61,887 bases of DNA. Origin: a virus. Its lineage: Duplodnaviria > Caudoviricetes. The notes beneath the pieces are model-generated. The model saw only the letters and a list, made by a program, of their open reading frames with translations. It made no database searches and was not told where the DNA came from. The position numbers were made by a program, and so were the translations under genes. Numbering within the stretch: the stretch's first letter is position 1; every line of letters starts with the position of its first letter. The stretch spans positions 1 through 61,887 of the IMG/VR virus record IMGVR_UViG_3300028392_000003, one strand, 5' to 3'. This document shows positions 57,166 through 61,887 of this stretch, piece by piece.

Positions 57166-59121
57166 TTATGCGGGTAAATACTTAGCCGCGTTAGTGTTCT
57201 TAGCCAGTTTCTGTTTGCCTGTTGTTTTTGCGCGGGCTTTTTGAACTCTGTCCATCATCTTGTACAACTGTCTAGCACCGGCTTCAGTCGAACCGTTACC
57301 CAACTCAGAGACGATACGGGCGGGTACTACAAACTCACCATCGGCAAGTCGTGCGGGTTGATGGTTACCAATCTGCGCTGGGATGGAATCAGATACGCCA
57401 TCACCGGGGCCGCGCAATAAACGACCACCATCAGAGTAGCCGCCAAGCGAACCTAGTCCACCACTTGCAAGCATTGCAAGACCGCCGTAGGCCATGTGTG
57501 GATGGTAATTAAATTGACCGTTATGGTAAAAACCCCCACGAGCGTCGCCACCACTACCGCCACCATCGCCACCAGAACCAGAGCCAGAGCCACCATCACC
57601 ACTGCTACCGCTAGAGCCAGAGCCACCATCACCTGCGGCTCCGCCACCTCCACCACCGGTTGCTCCGCTATCACCGGCTGCACCCCCGCCAGTTGCTGCA
57701 CCAGCAGAAGCACCTTCGCCACCTGTATCGCTACCCATACCAGTAGAACCAGCGCCAGCAGGGCCGTCAGCGCCAGCGGCTGTACTTGCACCAGCGGCAG
57801 TAGCCGCATCACTTTCTACGTCCATACCGTTTGTAGCATTAACTGAATTTACGCTGGTAGAAGACATTGCATCCATCATTGCAGAAGCAATCGCTGCTGC
57901 CATAGGAGAAATAGATTGGTTAGATATGGCGTAGCCAATATCACCCATAGTAGAACCTGTTGGGGAGCCCGTGCTGTTTGAAGAACTGCTACTGTCTGTG
58001 TTTCCGCCACCCCCGTTGCTACCTGTGTCCGAACTACTTACATTACCGCCACCAGTATCACCACCCATACCACTGCCATCAGAAGCCGTAGAAGAATCCG
58101 TTACTGAAGCGGGGAGAAGTTCAAAGCGGCCTGTAGCTGGATTAAATCTATAGCGTGGTAATTTGCCATAGTTAACTGAACCGGCTGATGGGTCAAAACC
58201 AACGGTTGAGGGGTTGTATGCGTATTTTTGTAAGTTGCCGTACAGATCAGGTACACCACCCTCCGCCATTTTTATAACGCCGCCTTCTGCGGCATACTCG
58301 GGACCGGGCGCTTTGTAAGGAGTCTGGGCAGTAAAGTTACCCGTCATCCAGTTGCGTTCGCTTGTGTCTTCGCCGGGACGGTACTGTGTACCCACCATGT
58401 TTGTAGGTGTAGTAGGGCGGGCTGTGTATGTGTATGGTCTTATCAATGAAGGTGTTTGTGCAGGCGGTTGGGTCGTAGTTTTGACCATTTTTGCTGCCAA
58501 TATAGGAGCTGTCGCGGCACCTAAAATACCCGCCCCTTTCATTAAACTACCGCTACCAAGGGCGGCTAAAGCATCTTTGGGATTACTTGCGGCATAACTA
58601 GCACCCGCGCCTAACTTATCTACGGCAGACATGTTATTGGTCAACGCACTTGCTTCGGATAAAGGCGTACCCGCCGCTATTTCTGGGGTATACCCTGCAT
58701 TAGATAGAAGCGATGCTTGCCCCATATTAGACAACCCAGCAGCCAAACCTGCGCCACCATACGCGCCAAGACCGGCCATTAGTCCTTTACCTAAATCACC
58801 AGAAGACAGTGCAGAGATGCCGCCGTACGCTAAGCCCGCTTCTGCCGCAGTCAACCCAAACCCTGCTGGACCCAAAGCCGCACCTACTAACAGAGGGGCT
58901 ACACCCGTTTTACTAATAGCACTGTTGGGGTTTAGTGGGTTTAAATCACTAAAAAAGTTGGCTTCAGGGAGACCCGTATCTGGGTTAACAGTTAATGAAC
59001 CACCTTGTGCTCGTGCAACGCGTTGTAACTTATCGACTTCGTCGGGTGTTACGTGCATAAGCATAGTGTCGCCGTGTCGACCATGCTCGGCTAAGTGTCG
59101 TGCTAAATGGGATAGGCTCAT
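57166..59121 (-). CDS. Internal virion / ejection protein with Gly-Ser low-complexity tract
   Basis: N-terminal GRHGDTMLMH..NPDTGLPE; C-terminal GPGDGVSDSIPA..LADGEFVVPA. Confidence 0.7.
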   Translation of the reverse strand: MSLSHLARHLAEHGRHGDTMLMHVTPDEVDKLQRVARAQGGSLTVNPDTGLPEANFFSDLNPLNPNSAISKTGVAPLLVGAALGPAGFGLTAAEAGLAYGGISALSSGDLGKGLMAGLGAYGGAGLAAGLSNMGQASLLSNAGYTPEIAAGTPLSEASALTNNMSAVDKLGAGASYAASNPKDALAALGSGSLMKGAGILGAATAPILAAKMVKTTTQPPAQTPSLIRPYTYTARPTTPTNMVGTQYRPGEDTSERNWMTGNFTAQTPYKAPGPEYAAEGGVIKMAEGGVPDLYGNLQKYAYNPSTVGFDPSAGSVNYGKLPRYRFNPATGRFELLPASVTDSSTASDGSGMGGDTGGGNVSSSDTGSNGGGGNTDSSSSSNSTGSPTGSTMGDIGYAISNQSISPMAAAIASAMMDAMSSTSVNSVNATNGMDVESDAATAAGASTAAGADGPAGAGSTGMGSDTGGEGASAGAATGGGAAGDSGATGGGGGGAAGDGGSGSSGSSGDGGSGSGSGGDGGGSGGDARGGFYHNGQFNYHPHMAYGGLAMLASGGLGSLGGYSDGGRLLRGPGDGVSDSIPAQIGNHQPARLADGEFVVPARIVSELGNGSTEAGARQLYKMMDRVQKARAKTTGKQKLAKNTNAAKYLPA

Positions 59122-59161
59122 TTTTGCCTCGTAAATAGGGGGTTAATCGAGTTTATCATGT

Positions 59162-59512
59162 TCACCCAACTTTCCAAACAGTCCCGTCAGAATAAACAGG
59201 CACCTTTACAGCGCCTCCAGTAACTACCGTTGAGCCAAATGCGGGAGCCAAAGCGTCCGATACAAAGGCTCTAGCCCCCACACCAGAAGTTGCCGCGCTG
59301 GGTAGCGTAGCTACTGTATACACAGTAAGCGCTGGGATTACTCCACTAGCCGTACTAAGTTGTCCTAAGATATTGTCAATCTGGTTGAAGTACAACCGCA
59401 AGACGTTGTTTAATTGGTTTATGTAGTTAATGTCGTACTCAGGCGTAGCCGCAGGTAGGCGCGGTTGAACTGCGCGGTTGAGTTCAAATTTTGATGTGAC
59501 GATATAACTCAT
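59162..59512 (-). CDS. Tail-associated protein
   Basis: PRLPAA..Y...LNNVLRLYF; YTVATLPSA..GARAFVSD..PVYSDGTVW. Confidence 0.65.
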   Translation of the reverse strand: MSYIVTSKFELNRAVQPRLPAATPEYDINYINQLNNVLRLYFNQIDNILGQLSTASGVIPALTVYTVATLPSAATSGVGARAFVSDALAPAFGSTVVTGGAVKVPVYSDGTVWKVG

Positions 59513-61620
59513 CTACGTCCGTCCGGTCTGATGTCGATACGAGGAGCGCCAAGTTGCCACTGCACACCAATAATGTTAGAGGTAATCTTCATCTGCATTT
59601 GACGCCCGCGTATACGGATATACAACTGCCCCGTGAATTGATCAACGTTAATAACGGCTGGAGCCGTCCCTGTATACGTCACATTGGCGTTGCCTGTCTG
59701 CGTTATGCCTGAGCCAGAGTTGTTTAGCCCCTGTAAATACATAGTTACTTGGGGAGTCGTACCGCTTGTGGAGCCACGGAATGTCATATCAGGAATCATG
59801 CGATAGACAAACGCAAAGTTATGCCCATCCCCAATATCAAACTGAGCGGAAGTTATAGACGCCTCTATAGGCAAAGTTGTACCTGTCTCGTTGTCATCAA
59901 CGCCGTATTCTTGGTTGACGACGTTGTAGCTGTATGTTGCCGCCAACGGGTAGTTGCGCAGCCCAGTATCGAGCCATGCGGTTCTAGCCATTGTGCCGTA
60001 GTACCAGACATCTTCAAAGTAGTTATACACCACATACCTGTCTACTGTCGTAGAAGTTTCAGAACAATAGAAGAACCACACCTCATTAAAGCCTTCATTG
60101 GTGCTGGCAAATACTTGGTCGTATTGTTGGGGGTTGATGTCGCTATAAATAAATTGGCGCAAGTCGCAACGCAGAGTTTGAATCCGTCCATCGTATTTGT
60201 AAAACTTATCCACGCCCATCCAGTAAGTAACCCCCGATGCAAGCGTTGCAGCATTTGGCCCAGCAATAGATACGTTGTCGCCAAGAAGCTGAGTCCCCCA
60301 CACATATGGAGGTCCAAGGTATTGCAAAGAATAAACTGATTGGTCTGTATAAACCAAAATTTCCTGACGGCTTTGTACAGTGGTAACTATTTTGGAGCCG
60401 TGAGATAACCGCACACTACCTGCTTGGTTGGTGACTGCGGGATACCATGTAGTCAAAGATTCTTGGTCTGACCAACGAATTAACATCGGATCAAGCACCG
60501 TGCTTCCATAGTCATTTGTACCAAAGACAAGCACAAACCGACTGGCGTCTGACACAGTAAATGCGTTTTGAAAGAGTGGCGCGTACCCATCCGAGCCTGT
60601 TAAAGAAGACAGCAATACCCCACGCTGGGTTATTTTTTGCGTACCACTTTGCGTACCAGTTGTGTTTATGGATGCCCCACCTGATGTAGCCGCAAGATTA
60701 AATGTGTAGGTTGAAACATACTTGGTGTAATAAGTAACGCCCGGAACTAACCCCGTTGGTAACCAACCCGTTGTAGAAAACGTAATGGGCGTTCCATCCG
60801 TAAAAGCTACAGTAGAAGTCACTACGCAAGGGGTAGCAATCGTCATTGTTACGGACTGTCCAGTTACGCCTTGTATAGCGTCCCAGTAATACAGTGGTGC
60901 GCCGCGAGGTCCGTACAGCAGGTTCTGCCCCCAGTTTATTTGGTTCCATATACGAAGAGCGTCTGTTGTCGCAGTGCCGATACCCCAAGAGCCTGACCCC
61001 CAAGTGCTAGACCCCCAGCCCGTTAGTGGCACGGCGTATGAGGGGCCAGTATTAACTTGATAGACCGCGTAAATTGTTCCGCCACCAGCGGAACTAGCGC
61101 TGGCTGTACCTGTAACGGATATGGTGTATGTAGTAGCACTTACATAGGTAAGTTGGTATTGGGTGTTACTTGTAATAGTTATCCCGTTAAACGTAACGGA
61201 TGCCGCCCCCGGAATGTAGTAGGTGACGTAGTCATTGTTAACAAACCCGCCATTGGTATCTTGTACTGTTACTGTAGTCGTTGTGCCTGTATTAGTTGCC
61301 GTGTTTGTTGTGAACTTGTTTACCAGCGTGTTGGTGGTCCGGACCGGTGTGATGTCGTTATATGCACCGCCACTCTCGATGTAGAACTTTAAGTTAGTGC
61401 CTACTCCCAGCAGATTCAAAGAAGCCAGCGTAATCCAGTTCCACAAAGAACGACAGACGCCCAAAAAAGAAGCAGAAGAAATACGTTGCCACCCACCAAT
61501 TTTCTCAGGCGTGCCTTGACGAAAGCGTACCTTGTCGGATTCATACCAACCACCTTCATTTGTATAGCGCGTGTTTTCACGATTGACGCCGGGTTTTAGT
61601 TGAAGTTTACTTAGTGGCAT
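59509..61620 (-). CDS. Tail nozzle / tubular protein B-like (virion stabilisation protein)
   Basis: LKPGVNRE..VRFR.G.PEKIGGW; IRWSDQE; beta-propeller-like; precedes ejection genes. Confidence 0.7.
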   Translation of the reverse strand: MPLSKLQLKPGVNRENTRYTNEGGWYESDKVRFRQGTPEKIGGWQRISSASFLGVCRSLWNWITLASLNLLGVGTNLKFYIESGGAYNDITPVRTTNTLVNKFTTNTATNTGTTTTVTVQDTNGGFVNNDYVTYYIPGAASVTFNGITITSNTQYQLTYVSATTYTISVTGTASASSAGGGTIYAVYQVNTGPSYAVPLTGWGSSTWGSGSWGIGTATTDALRIWNQINWGQNLLYGPRGAPLYYWDAIQGVTGQSVTMTIATPCVVTSTVAFTDGTPITFSTTGWLPTGLVPGVTYYTKYVSTYTFNLAATSGGASINTTGTQSGTQKITQRGVLLSSLTGSDGYAPLFQNAFTVSDASRFVLVFGTNDYGSTVLDPMLIRWSDQESLTTWYPAVTNQAGSVRLSHGSKIVTTVQSRQEILVYTDQSVYSLQYLGPPYVWGTQLLGDNVSIAGPNAATLASGVTYWMGVDKFYKYDGRIQTLRCDLRQFIYSDINPQQYDQVFASTNEGFNEVWFFYCSETSTTVDRYVVYNYFEDVWYYGTMARTAWLDTGLRNYPLAATYSYNVVNQEYGVDDNETGTTLPIEASITSAQFDIGDGHNFAFVYRMIPDMTFRGSTSGTTPQVTMYLQGLNNSGSGITQTGNANVTYTGTAPAVINVDQFTGQLYIRIRGRQMQMKITSNIIGVQWQLGAPRIDIRPDGRR

Positions 61621-61621
61621 A

Positions 61622-61818
61622 TTACTTTGTATGGTATTGGGCTTCTGTCCAGATGCCTGACTTGTATTTACCTTCTGGTTTAAAAATTGTCAACTCTTGC
61701 TGACGCATCTCAGGCGCAAAGGAAATGTGCATCCAACGTCCATACTCGTGAATCATCTGGTCAAACTTAATACCAGCCTTCAAAACAAGCTGACATAGTT
61801 CGTGAGGAGTATGAGCAG
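61622..61818 (-). CDS. Endolysin M15A, C-terminal part (joined to 256..1)
   Basis: FDQMIHEYGRWMHISF supplies third zinc ligand (WxH). Confidence 0.85.
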
Positions 61819-61887
61819 AAGAAGAGCAGTCAATAGCCCAACCATCCATGTGGCTGGATACTTTAGAACCGCCAACAGCAAGATTAA
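61819..61887. repeat. 69-bp direct terminal overlap (copy 2)
   Basis: Identical to 1-69. Confidence 0.95.

Noticed and set aside
47599-59134. Long plus-strand ORFs (e.g. 49492-50175, 47599-48171, 58631-59134)
   Set aside because: Antisense shadows of well-supported minus-strand genes, with no RBS or recognisable motifs.
61819-61887. Biological direct terminal repeat
   Set aside because: It falls mid-gene and is an exact short overlap typical of circular contig assembly.
1-61887. Stop-codon recoding, introns or inteins
   Set aside because: Core genes (terL, polA, helicase, primase, capsid) are intact and of normal length in the standard code.

Overview
This window is an apparently complete ~61.8 kb circularly assembled genome of a tailed dsDNA phage with podovirus-like architecture. 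Bases 61819-61887 duplicate bases 1-69, and an M15-family endolysin gene runs across that join. The genome has two divergent arms separated by a control region at ~24600-25045. The minus-strand late arm runs terS, terL, portal, GroES-like protein, scaffold, major capsid, glycosyltransferase, small basic proteins, adaptors, tail fibres, lysis genes, nozzle, ejection proteins and a 2627-aa polyvalent protein. The plus-strand early/replication arm carries many small ORFs, an amidoligase + class II glutamine amidotransferase pair, VRR-NUC, family A DNA polymerase, PD-(D/E)XK nuclease, SNF2 helicase, SSB-like protein, an HTH regulator and a primase/DUF927 protein. I saw no integrase, tRNA, CRISPR array or reverse transcriptase. 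The most striking unannotated signal is a ~88-nt small RNA (24648-24735) with its own sigma70 promoter and terminator. It exposes an anti-Shine-Dalgarno seed complementary to the shared RBS/start motif (CATCAGGAGAA..CAAATG) of many early and replication genes. Other non-coding signals are six GGGGAG-N4-CTCCCC palindromes punctuating the early arm, three TGTC-N8-GACA operators, a pseudoknotted leader RNA downstream of the capsid gene, an inverted-repeat-bracketed AT-rich putative origin, and ~8 kb of early DNA apparently free of GATC/GGCC/CCGG. All family assignments come from motif recognition by eye; no searches were run.
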